DNA from: Anolis carolinensis
Lineage: Eukaryota
DNA length: 64,000 nucleotides
Direction: 5' to 3'
Assembly (NCBI RefSeq): GCF_035594765.1
Contig: NW_026943820.1
Coordinates: 18,608,647 to 18,672,646, forward strand
The position numbers and the translations under genes are program-made. Numbering within the stretch: position 1 is the stretch's first letter; each line of letters starts with the position of its first letter. Shown here one piece after another: positions 12,819 through 23,699 of this stretch. Under the pieces are notes generated by a model. It saw only the letters and a list, made by a program, of their open reading frames with translations, had not been told where the DNA came from and did no database searches.

Positions 12819-13081
12819 TTCAACTCCCACAATTCCTATCATCCTACCGGCCCTAGGAGTTATGGTGGGAGTTGAAGTCCAAAACACCTGGAGGGAGGGC
12901 AGACGTTTGCGCAGGCCTGGCCTAGACATTCCCCTCCTCTTGATGCCGCCTGGAATTGTACTGGCTTCTCTCGCTGCAGCATCTCACTCTTGACACTCTC
13001 GCTGCTCAAAGCCTCCAAGAGGAAGGAAGAAGGCAGGCTGAGGAGAAAGGCCTCATCCCCTCCCTCTCGCCTCGCTCATAC

Positions 13082-13156
13082 CTTCCGGCCTTGCTGGCGC
13101 AGAGACCTCCGTAAGGGGGTCTGCGGCTGGCTTCTCCGACTCTTACGGGCGCTCAT
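13082..13156 (-). CDS. CENPT: Centromere protein T, coding exon 1 (MSARKSRRSQPQTPLRRSLRQQGRK)
   Basis: gccATGA in a CpG island; donor AAG|gtatga; phase 0 matches the next exon. Weak sequence similarity, so assigned by position and phase. Confidence 0.7.
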
Positions 13157-13159
13157 GGC

Positions 13160-13330
13160 TCCTTTCCTGCCGTCGTCCTCCGGCAAACCGCGGAACGCCT
13201 CTCGCCGCTTTCTCCCGCCTCCGTTTCAAAGCTGACTGAGCGTCTCTCGCGATGCCTCCTCCTTCGCGCGCCTCGCGGGGGTTGCTGGGAAATCCCTTTC
13301 CCTCGCGCGGCCAATCGAGTGACGTAGTTA
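13160..13330 (-). promoter_or_regulatory. CENPT CpG-island promoter with CHR, E2F-like, CCAAT and CRE-like sites
   Basis: TTTGAA (minus strand, 13225-13230), TCTCCCGCC ~13211-13219, TTCGCGCG ~13263, CCAAT 13311-13315, TGACGT ~13320-13325. Confidence 0.65.
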
Positions 13331-13446
13331 ATAATAATGAGCAGGCCCTCCCGGTGTTTTGGACTTCAATTCCCGACTGGCTTTGGGAATTGTGGAAGTC
13401 CAAAGCACCTCGAGGGAGGGCCGACGTTTGCCAGGCCTGATCTACA

Positions 13447-13760
13447 TTGTGTTGTCGAAGGCTTTCATGGCCAGAATGACTGAGTTGCTGTGAGTTTTCC
13501 GGGCTGTATGGCCATGTTCCAGAAGCATTCCCTCCTGACGTTTCGCCCACATCTTTGGCAGACATCCTCAGAGGTTGTGAGGTCTGTTGGAGACTAGCCA
13601 AGTGGGGTTTATATATCAGTGGAATATCCAGGGAGGGAGAAAGACCTCTAGTCTGTTTGAGGCAAGCGTGAATGTTACAATTGGGTATCCTTGATTTTCA
13701 TTGAACGGCCTTGCAGTTGCAAAGCCTGGCTGATTCCTGCCTGTGGGACCCTTTGCTGGG
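13447..13760 (-). mobile_element. Penelope-like element terminal (pLTR) fragment
   Basis: Reverse complement of 46320-46612; sisters at 48172-48440 and 57546-57900. Confidence 0.8.
13534..13574 (-). ncRNA. Minimal hammerhead ribozyme motif in the Penelope pLTR
   Basis: Minus strand cct-CTGAGGA-tgtctgccaaagatgtgggc-GAAA-cgTC-agg. Confidence 0.7.
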
Positions 13761-13989
13761 TGAATCGTGACATACCAGAGGCACTATTGGTAGATCACTT
13801 GTCTATCCCGGAAGGCAAACATTAGGGAGAGGAATGTTGCTCTCCCATCGACTTTATGAAGAATCAGATACAGTCAGGCCAAACATGCCATTAAATTGTG
13901 TGAATTATAGGTCATATCACAGTAACGACACAAATGCTATCAGCCGAAATGGGTGTTTCATACAATATAATACATTGTATGTGTATATA

Positions 13990-14289
13990 CAGTAGAGTCT
14001 CACTTATCCAACGTTCTGGATTATCCAACACATTTTTGTAGTCAATGTTTTCAATACATTGTGATATTTTGGTGCTAAATTCGTAAATACAGTTATTACT
14101 ACATAGCATTACTGCTTTTGACTTTTTCTGTCAAATTTGTTGTATAACATGTTTTAGTGCTTAATTTGTAAAATCATAATCTAATTTGATTTTTAATAGG
14201 CTTTGCCTTAATCCCTCCTTATTATCCAACATATTCGCTTATCCAATGTTCTGCTGGCCTGTTTATGTTGGATAAGTGAGACTCTACTG
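13990..14289. mobile_element. Tc1/pogo (Tigger-like) MITE
   Basis: TA|cagtagagtctcacttatccaac...gttggataagtgagactctactg|TA. Confidence 0.9.
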
Positions 14290-14536
14290 TATTTGTAAGT
14301 TGTTCTGAGTCCCCTTCGGGGTGAGAAGGGCGGGATGTAAATGTCATAAATTAATTAAAAAAATATATTCCAGTTCAAAGCAGATAATGTGGGTTTTTTA
14401 TTCAGCTGTGTAGAAGGCGCTCAAGACCCCAAGAGGGCCGAAGTTCGCTCATTTATTATTATTTCATGTCAAAAGCATTGCATAATAAATAAATTTAAAA
14501 AGTGATGAAATAAAGGAAATAACAAGCAGCTAAATA

Positions 14537-14844
14537 CAGTAGTCTCTCACTTATCCAAGCTAAACGGGCCAGAAAAAGCTTGGATAAACGAATATCTTGA
14601 ATAATATGGAGGGATTAAGGAAAAGCCCATAAAACATTAAACTAGGTTATGATTTTACAAATTAAGCACCAAAACATCATGTTAGACAACAAATTTGACA
14701 GAAAAAGCAGTTCAATACGCAGTAATGTTATGTTCTAATTACTGTGTTTACGAATTTAGCACCAAAATATCACGATATATTGAAAACATTGACTACGAAA
14801 ATGGCTTGGATAATCCAAAAACTTGGATAAGCGAGGCTCTACTG
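14537..14844. mobile_element. Tc1/pogo MITE, related subfamily, opposite orientation
   Basis: TA|cagtag...ctactg|TA with the same internal sequence reversed. Confidence 0.85.
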
Positions 14845-14997
14845 TAGTTTTAGAGCAAAAGCGGGCAACAGCGTCCGCATTGTCCGTAGCTTTAAACAAC
14901 TCCTCCGTACATGAGGCAGGACATTGTGGGCAAGCATACATATGCGGAGTTGTTTGTTCTGCTCCACAGTCACCCAAGGTGGAGGATTCCTCCAGGT

Positions 14998-16023
14998 CAG
15001 GGGTCCTCAAACTTTTAAAGCTGAGGGCCTGTCCACAATCCTTCAGACTGTTGAGGGGCCAGATTATCATTTGAAAAAAAAAATACAAACAAATTCCGAT
15101 GCACACTGGATATGTCTTATTTGTAGTGCAAAAAAACAACAAGAACAATGAAAGAACAATACAATATTTAAAAATAAAAACAATTTTAACCAACATAAAT
15201 TTATCAGGATTTCAATGGGAAGTGTGGTCCTGCTTCTGGCCAATGAGATAGTCAAGTTAATTAGGGTTGTTGTTGTGTGCCTTCAAGTCATTTCAGACTT
15301 TGGGCGAGCCTAAGTCTAAAATTTATTTATTTATTATTTACTGCATTTATTTACTACATTTGTATCACACCTTTCTCACCCCAAAGGGGACTCAGAGTGG
15401 CTTACAAGTTATATGTACATACAATATATTATTAGCATAGTACAATGTTAGCATTATGTATTACTATATTGAACTATACCACTATACTGTAATATTATTA
15501 GTAATATTATATGTAATATAGAATATATAATTAATATTATTATATGGTATTATTATTAGTGTTTTATTGTATTACATTATAATATTATCAATATTATATG
15601 TATACACAATATATTATACAGTAGAGTCTCACTTATCCAACATAAACGGGCCGGCAGAACATTGGATAAGCGAATATGTTGGATAATAAGGAGAGATTAA
15701 GGAGAAGCCTATTAAACATCAAATTAGGTGATGATTTTACAAATTAAGACCAAAACATCATGTTATACAACAAATCTGGCCGAAAAAGTAGTTCAATAGG
15801 CAGTAATGCTATGTAGTAATTACTGTATTTACGAATTTAGCACCAAAATATCATGATATATTGAAAACATTGACTACAAAAATGCGTTGGATAATCCAGA
15901 ACGTTGGATAAGCGAGTGTTGGATAAGTGAGACTCTACTGTATTATAAAACTGAGGGCGGGGGCCAGGTAAATGACCTCGGAGGGCCACATCTGGCCCCC
16001 GGGCCTTAGTTTGGGGACCCCTG
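14998..16023. mobile_element. Non-autonomous hAT element (TIR caggggtcctcaaact), TSD ctccaggt, with a nested pogo MITE at 15619-15940
   Basis: Exact 8-bp TSD at 14990-14997 and 16024-16031; sister copies at ~25948-26319 and 44472-44848. Confidence 0.9.
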
Positions 16024-16189
16024 CTCCAGGTAGTGCCACCTTGCCAAGTTGTTTTTTGATCTGCCCACTCCGCTTCTTAGTCTGTTCAGTTCGCTCATGA
16101 TCTTTGGGCCTCCAACTCCCAGAAGCCCTGGCCAGAGACTCCAATAGTCAGGCATTCTGGGAGCTGAAGTCCAAAACACCCGGAGGGCG

Positions 16190-16401
16190 GCGGGCGGAGG
16201 GGGAACGGAACGCCTGCGATTGGCTCGCCTGGGCACGACGTCAGAGGCGCGCGCCGCTCCTCGGTCCCCGCGGTGCCTTGTGGGGCGGGTAGTTCCGTTT
16301 CCTGCGCGGAGGGCGCGTCTCCTGCGTCGTGGTCGCCGTCGCGGCGGCGGAGGGGCCTGCGGGGCCTGTGGGTCCGGGAGCGCGCGCCAGGCGAGGCGAG
16401 G
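16190..16401 (+). promoter_or_regulatory. THAP11 CpG-island promoter and 5' UTR
   Basis: CpG-rich; inverted CCAAT (ATTGG ~16219), CRE-like GACGTCA ~16237, GC box GGGGCGGG ~16282, TTCCG ETS core ~16293. Confidence 0.7.
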
Positions 16402-17097
16402 ATGCCGGGCTTCACGTGCTGCGTGCCGGGCTGCTACAACAACTCCCACCGGGACAAGGCGCTGCACTTCTACACCTTCCCGAAGGACGCGGAGCTGCGC
16501 CGCCTGTGGCTGAAGAACGTGTCCCGGGCGGGCGTCTCGGGCTGCTTCTCCACCTTCCAGCCCACCACGGGCCACCGCGTCTGCTCCGAGCACTTCCCCG
16601 GCGGGAGGAAGAGCTACCTGGTGCGCGTGCCCACCATCTTCCCGCTGCGGGGCGTCAACGAGCGCAAGGGCGCCGGAGGAGGGAGGAGGCCGCGCGGGCA
16701 CGCCCCCGTCCACGCCGCCCAGGCCGCCCAGGCCGCCGCCCAGGCCGCGGTGCTGCTCACCCTCCAGGAGGCCGCAGCAGGAGCGGGAAGTGGCGGCGGC
16801 GCGGCGGAGGCGGCGCAGGCCTTGAGGGCCGGGATGGGCGCCGGCAGCCCCGAGGACGTCAAGCCCATGGACCTGACGGTGCAGCTGGAGCTAGGCGGGC
16901 CGGCCGCCGCCGCTGCTGCCGCCGCCGCCGCGCTGGTGTCTCCCATGAGCCTGGCCAGCTTCCTGGCGCAGAACGGGCCCCTGGGCGCGGCCGAGGGCGG
17001 GCCCCCCGACCACTCCTACTCGCTCTCCTCCGGCACCACCTCCGAGGAACTGCTTAGGAAGCTCAACGAGCAGCGCGACATCATCGCCCTCCTGGAG
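16402..17097 (+). CDS. THAP11: THAP domain-containing protein 11 (Ronin), coding segment 1 (232 codons)
   Basis: [65 protein letters not shown] (C2CH THAP finger); VKPMDLTVQ; HCF-1-binding motif DHSY at 17008-17019; start of the coiled coil. Confidence 0.97.
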
Positions 17098-17380
17098 GTC
17101 AAGATATAGATAAATATATATTTACATTTATTTCTAGACTAGCTTGGTTACTCAGCGTTGCCTGAATTATTTTTTAAATTTTACAGAACGCATAAGGTTG
17201 TGGGTGAACTACAACTCCCATCAAGCCAGGTGAACCCCGAGAAACTCCATCAGTAATTAAAGTTTGTTAGGTCGGGCAAGTTTGCTCTAAATCAGGCATG
17301 GGCAAACTTCGGCCACACAGGTGTTTTGGGCTACAACGCCCACAATTCCTATTTTTTTCCCAAGTATACTTCCTATAAAA

Positions 17381-17670
17381 GCTGCTGAACTTACGGACCA
17401 AAAGGTCCCGGGTTCAAATCCCAGGAGCGGAATGAACGCCCGCTGTTAGCCCCAGCTCCTGCCAACCTAGCAGTTCGAAAACATGCAAATGTGAGTAGAT
17501 CAATAGGTACCGCTCCGGCAGGAAGGTAACGGTGCTCCATGCAGTCATGCCGGCCACATGACCTGGAGATGTCTATGGACAACACCGGCTCTTCAGCTTA
17601 GAAATAGAGATGAGCACCAACCCCCAGAGTCGGTCACGACTGGACTTAACGTCAGGGGAAACCTTTACCT
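17381..17670 (+). mobile_element. Sauria-type SINE
   Basis: gctgctgaactt...ggttcaaatcc B-box...agccccagctcctgccaacctagcagttcgaaaacatgc...aaacctttacct tail; sister copies elsewhere in the window. Confidence 0.85.
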
Positions 17671-17671
17671 T

Positions 17672-18477
17672 ATACGCCAATAATTTCTTATAAATTTCCT
17701 TTCTTAATTTGGTTAAATTGTTTTTAATTCTTTTGTGATATTTATCCTTAAATATTTGTTTCTTTAATTTTTATATTCCCCTCCAATTTTATTTTTTATT
17801 TCTTCTTCTCAATAGTTAAATATCACCAATTCTGATTTGTTCTAATTAATTTGTAGACTTGTTATTAGTCCAAATTCTGTTAAATGAGCCTAAATTTCCT
17901 CCCATTAGTGCAGTGAACTTTAGTAAAATGCTGAGCTGCTGAACTTACTGACAGAAAGGTCGACAGTTCGAATCCGGGGAGCAGAATGAGCTCCTGCTGT
18001 TAGCCCCAGCTTCTGCCAACCTAGCAGTTAGAAAACATGCAATGTGAGCAGGTCAATAGGTACCGTTCCGGCAGGGAAGTAACGGCGCTCCATGCAGTCA
18101 TACCGGCCACATGACCTTAGAGGTGTCTACGGACAGCGCTGGCTCTTTGGCTTAAAAATGGATATGAGCACCAACCCACAGAGTTGGACACGACTAGACC
18201 TAATGTCAGGGGGAAACCTTTACCTTTTACTTTTATTGGATGTTTCATTGATAAAAGGGTATCTATAAACGTATTTATTTTATATTTCTCTTTCATTCAT
18301 ATTCCTTTTATATTACTCTCTTCTCTTATTATGTTAACTAATAATTCTATTACAATTGTGAATAAGATTGGGGAAAGGGGACATCCTTTCCTTGTGCCTC
18401 GTGTTATATTTTTTTTCACTGTTAAACCATCATTCACTATTACTTGGACATAATTTTTTGAATATAATTTATCAATT
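17672..18477 (-). mobile_element. Degraded L1/Tx1-clade LINE reverse-transcriptase fragment inside THAP11, interrupted by a SINE
   Basis: Minus-strand peptide ITRGTRKGCPLSPILFTIVIELLVNIIRE..IKGI (GTRQGCPLSP motif of L1-clade RT), continuing as EFGLITSLQIN*NKSE; contains stop codons. Confidence 0.85.
17928..18230 (+). mobile_element. Sauria-type SINE nested in the LINE fragment
   Basis: Same family as 17381-17670, ending ggggaaacctttacctttt. Confidence 0.85.
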
Positions 18478-18479
18478 AG

Positions 18480-18617
18480 GTGAAGATGAAGGAGATGAAG
18501 GGCAGCATCCGGCGCCTCCGCCTGGCCGAAGCCCAGCTGCGTGAGGAGGTCCGCGAGAAGGACCGCCTCCTCCATGCCGCCACCATGGGCGGCCACCGCA
18601 AGCGCCACGGCCTCTGA
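18480..18617 (+). CDS. THAP11: THAP11 coding segment 2 (VKMKEMKGSIRRLRLAEAQLREEVREKDRLLHAATMGGHRKRHGL*)
   Basis: Direct continuation of the THAP11 coiled coil; GC-rich and uninterrupted; preceded by caattag; spliced protein 277 aa. Confidence 0.93.
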   Translation: MKMKEMKGSIRRLRLAEAQLREEVREKDRLLHAATMGGHRKRHGL

Positions 18618-18689
18618 GCCTCACCAGCCCCTTCTCCCTCCGGAACGCGGGAAGGACAGAGCCGCCCACTCTTTCAGGAAGCCTCTCCC

Positions 18690-19720
18690 ACTATTCCTAG
18701 GAGAACTGCGCACCTCAACACCGGTATCAAAAGGCGATCCTCTGCCAGCCAACTCCATACTCCTTGCATCATTATGTGCGATTACAACTCTGAGACAGAC
18801 TTCGGATGCTGCAGTGTGGGCGATGCTGTTGCCACGGATGAGCGCCACTCTCCTGCTCTGCTCTACGTTTTACCGGCGGGACGCCGCTTTTCCCTCTCAT
18901 TTCAAGAAACCCCAGCTGCTGTGTCCACCAGCGCATGCCGACCCTGGCTCTAAAACTCAAGTATCACCATGAGAGTGGCCCATCACGGCTTCCCTGGAAT
19001 ATTTTTTAGGAAAACAGTCTGGGCTGTTGTTCATTGGCTTGTACTCCTTGTATTATGATGAGTGATTACAACTCTGAGGCAGACCTTTAATGCCGTTCCA
19101 TCTCTAGCAACAGCAGGAAATGCCTCCTGAAATGGAAAGACACTGGTCAATGTTTCCCTTCCCTATGTGTCCGCTAGCACAGACTGGGCCAGACCCAAAA
19201 ACTCACTGTTCACATTTATGCCTATGAGACTTGTGCACTAAGACTTGTTAGAAGGACAGTCTGGGCTATTGTTTGTTGGCTTGTACTCCTTGTATTATTA
19301 TTATTATTATTATTATTATGTCTTATTATAAGTCTGAGGCAGACGCCGGATGCTGTTGCAACAGATCTCCTTTTAGCATCATTAAGGAAATGTCTCTTGA
19401 TCCCTTCAGCTCTACACTATGACAGACAGAATGCCAGTGGAAAGGCACTGGTCAACTTTTCCCTCTTATTTCAGGAAGCCTGGGCTGCTGTTTCCACCAT
19501 GGCACATTGTCCCAGACTCAAAAATTCACTTTTCACGTCCACGCCTATGAGACTTGCCTGCCAAGGCTTCACAAACATATTTCTAGAAGGACACTCTGGT
19601 TGATCGCTGGGCAGCTTGTACCCCTTGTGTTATTATGTGTTATTAAAAGTCTGAGGCCGATGGTGGGGTCTGTTGAAACTGGTCCATCTGTAGCATCCAT
19701 GAGGAAATGTCTTTTGTAAA
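18690..19720 (+). repeat. Degenerate tandem repeat (~4 units of 250-330 bp) in the THAP11 3' UTR
   Basis: Recurring blocks tagaaggacagtctggg / cttgtactccttgtattat / tctgaggcagac / aggaaatgtctc / cactggtcaa / gcctatgagacttg. Confidence 0.8.
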
Positions 19721-20558
19721 GCTGGATAGTTCCATTCCGGTCATGTAGGACTCTGAGCTGCTGCCAAATACTGAGTACAAAGCCAATTTTGAGGAAAGAT
19801 AGGTTACATATTTGATAAGCTCACGCTTGAGTAGTTTAAACTGCAATTCTCATTATACCAGGATTATTTTAGTAGATTTTTTTTTGTTTAACAGCACCAT
19901 GGAAAATATTTTTTTTCTTTATCCTTCCATAATATGAAGGACCAGGAGGAAAATGGGATTGCGGATTTTTCTTCTGTCTCTCCCAATCTCTCAGAAAATT
20001 ACTGATGGAGATTACTCCAAATATGATGTCATTTCTGGTGTGCAGATTCTGAACAGTCAAAGAGGGTAATAGACACATATGGCCTACATCACTATATTGC
20101 AGTTGTTGTTGTTACTGGTTTGCCTTTCTTCTGTAAACGGATAGGAGTTCTTGTGTTTGTGCCATAGTTGGATGGTCCCGAGCCCTTCAACAGTCGTGTC
20201 TTGTGTCACTTTTGCTAATGTTTTATTTAGCTTGATTTAAATCAGTACTGTGCAGTACATTTCCTTTTAACTTAAGTTGCAGTGCAGTCTGGCTAACATT
20301 AATGGAATTAGATTAATTTCTGATCACTGTGTCTGTATGTTAGCGCAGATGATCAGACCACTTTAATGGCACAGGTGTGGACTGACAACTCAGTTTGCAA
20401 GATTTTCAGATTGAAACAAATCCATGCTTGGAATGGATGAAAGTGAAAGAAGAGCCCGTCTTAATCTGATTCACTTTGATCAAAAAAGGATGGCACTCTT
20501 CAATCTGTTACTACATATATGTACAACTAAATAGATTCTTCTGTTTAATACTTTAGAG

Positions 20559-20692
20559 CAGGGTTTCTCAAACTATACCCCTCCAGGTGTTTTGCACTTC
20601 CACTCCCAGAAATCCCAGCCAGCTTCCCAGCTGTTAGAATTGTGGGAGCTGAAGTCCAAAACATCTTGAGGAGCACAGTTTGAGAAACACTG
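20559..20692. mobile_element. hAT-type MITE in the THAP11 3' UTR
   Basis: cagggtttctcaaact...agtttgagaaacactg; TSD ctttagag/ttttagag. Confidence 0.85.
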
Positions 20693-21756
20693 TTTTAGAG
20701 CATTTGATAAGAGTCCATTCACATAAAAGCCTACCACTATTATTACTGCCCAGCTTTTTAAAGAATGCCAGGTTCCATCCACTAAGAGGAAGGGAAAAAT
20801 AGAACAATTTCTCAGATCCTTCTGTTTTAATCAAAAATCAGATTTGTATAAAGGACAATTGGCTCATCTGGTTTGATGGACTTCCTGTATTTTTAGTGTA
20901 TCTTCAGTTGGAACTATTGTGACTTGCTGGAGTTGGCTAGTGTCAGGATGATGTTCTTTCCAGTTCATTCTTATTTTGGTTAAAGTGCTTTTTTATTTCA
21001 TGTAATAATAATCTTTAAAAACCTACAAGCATATATTGCTTACATATATTGTACAATGAAGAAGAAAAAGAAATTACTTTGTGCAAATTAAAATGCTAGG
21101 TAAAGCACTGTATAGAATCCTCCGTGGGTTTTATGTGGCCCTTGTTCTTCTTTACCATGTATAGATGAGAAGACCTGTAAGCCTCTTTCTATAGTTCGGA
21201 GCTCGTGTCATTAGCAATGCAGTTCATTGGGAAATGTAGCAGCAGAATGTAAATCCTAATTGTGTTGGATTTTGTGGATGCCCTGCAGTAGGTATTGGGG
21301 AATTGATCTGTTCTTTGAACAAGATAGTAGACTGTATCCAGTTATTTGAGTAGAATTTGCAAGAGTATTGTCCATTATATACTTTTATTTTTGGAATTAA
21401 TCTCTAACTTTTTTTCTGCTTGCTGTCTTGTGCTTCTTAGATAGGGAAGTGAAATGCAGGCACCCTGGTTACAGAGTGTGCCCTGAGGTTGTCTTTGGTC
21501 ACACAGTTTTCAGTTTGGTCTGTGTGCGTCTGTTGAAACCTTAGAGAGCACGCCAGCTTTCTGACATTGTAAATAAGACTGCATTCTACTTGGATGAAAA
21601 TGTTTCAAAGATGTGTGTCGTGACACTTGTGGTACTTTTCTACCATCATTATGCACTAAAATATGTTCAGTTGATTTAATTGCAGGACTGGTTATTTCCT
21701 GGACTGTTCTATTCTTGCTGGTTATCCTGAGGTGCTAACAAACAATGCTTAATTTG

Positions 21757-21762
21757 AATAAA
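21757..21762 (+). terminator. Candidate THAP11 polyadenylation signal
   Basis: AATAAA followed by GT/T-rich sequence at the end of a mostly repeat-free UTR-like stretch. Confidence 0.55.
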
Positions 21763-22786
21763 GTCTATTTTGTTTTGTTATGCTACAGTATGTCGTTCAT
21801 CTATGATGAATAACACATCTTCGTATACCTTTTCGTCCTCTATGACAATCTACTTGACTCTTGAAGAAAATACATTTCATGCATTTTACCTAGATTTGAA
21901 TGCCTTATTTACTTGAATCTAATGCTCACCTTTTTTGGCTAAGTGACCTCGCCATCTGAAGGGTTCCATGACATTTTTGGTCATGGAACCCTTCAGAATA
22001 CGTTTATATTCTGCCTAACCCTAACACTATCCCTGATTGGTTTAATCATAATATATTCCAAATCTTTTTACACTACTTCCAATACATTTCCCAATTTCCT
22101 ATAGAACATCAGATTTCTGAGTAAATTTACTCTGATGTTTTATGGATTATTTATTTATTTACAGTATTTATATTCCGCCCTTCTCACCCCAAGTGTCATT
22201 TATCTTAAAAACCTTTCAAGAAAGAAAAAAAATCAAAAAGAAATGTGGAATCAACATGAAAAATCTGACTATGCAGGAGTTGTTCTCGATGTAAAATGTT
22301 GAAATATGTAGCCAGTATATGTATATGTGATAAAAATAGCCGTGCTATGAAATAGCTATTATGGAGACTGTTAATCCAATTGTTGGCCTCATGTAGTTTT
22401 ATTTTAAAATCCATTTTAAGTTTGGAACCCCCCCCCCCCCTTTCTCACCCAGAGGGTACTCAAGGCGGCTTTACATACAAGTAATGATTGAATGCCTTAA
22501 AACACAATGTACACTTAAATAAATATTGAAATAGAAATTATAAGTACATTAAAACAATTAAAAATATAAAAACAAAACCATTGGACCAAATCACACCAAA
22601 TTTGGCCACTAAATACATAGTCATCCAATCAATGCCGCATGCAGATTGATTGGATGATTATGTATTTTGTGGCCAAATTTGGTGTGATTTGGTCCAATGG
22701 TTTTGTTGTTTATTCCATGGGAATTATGCACATTACATTATATATATATATATATATACACACACATACACATATATATATATATA

Positions 22787-23089
22787 CAGTAGAGTCTCAC
22801 TTATCCAAGCCTCTGGATTATCCAAGCCATTTTTGTAGTCAATGTTTTCAATATATCATGATATTTTGGTTCTAAATTCGTAAATACAGTAATTATAACA
22901 TAACATAACTGCCTATTGAACTACTTTTTCTGTCAAATTTGTTGTATAACATGATGTTTAGGTGCTTAATTTGTAAAATCATAACCTAATTTGATGTTTA
23001 ATAGGCTTTTCCTTAATCCCTCCTTATTATCCAAGTTATTCGCTTATCCAAGCTTCTGCCGGCCTGTTTAGCTTGGATAAGTGAGACTG
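22787..23089. mobile_element. Tc1/pogo MITE
   Basis: Same TIR family, inserted in a TA microsatellite. Confidence 0.85.
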
Positions 23090-23699
23090 TATATAATTAT
23101 GTCATTCTATTATTATTCTATTATTATTGTAGTATATTATCATATTATTACTAGTATATTGTTATTATATTATTTATTATTCATGACTATATTGAAACTA
23201 GAATTGAGAGAAATCAGTGTGGAAAGTGCACGAGGTACCATAGATTGTTGTACATGGAAATAAGGGTAATAAATAGTTTTTGATTTATTAAATACAGTTA
23301 TATATTGCAATTATACATTTTTGTTATTTAAACTATACATATTGCGAAATTATGTTTTTTTTTCCTCAAAGTGACACACCACCCAAATTATGCTAGGGGT
23401 TTTTTTTGGTGAATTTTGACACACCAAGCGCAAAAGGTTGCCCATCGTCTCATAGACTTAGCATGGGAATTTGGTTAACCAGTTAAAATTCATGAGTAAA
23501 CCAGGTTTTTTTTTTTAAATTGAAAAATTTCGGGGGGGGGGTTGAACTCCTAACACACACACACCCGCTACAGGCCTGCCCTTCCTTTTCCCCCTCAGCC
23601 GCTCATGGGCCTGAGGCTGTTAGGAATGGTGGGAGTTGAAGTCCAAAACACCTGAGGGGAAAGCCCACGCCTGCTCTGAAGGGAAGGGTCCCAGAGTGC

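Noticed and set aside
16006-17057. Long overlapping ORFs in other frames or strand over THAP11, and the upstream GTG extension from 16273
   Set aside because: Expected by-product of very high GC content; the conserved start is MPGFTCC at 16402.
18297-18608. Minus-strand ORF seemingly fusing a novel peptide to an RT motif
   Set aside because: It is the antisense of THAP11 segment 2 running into the decayed LINE fragment, not a gene.
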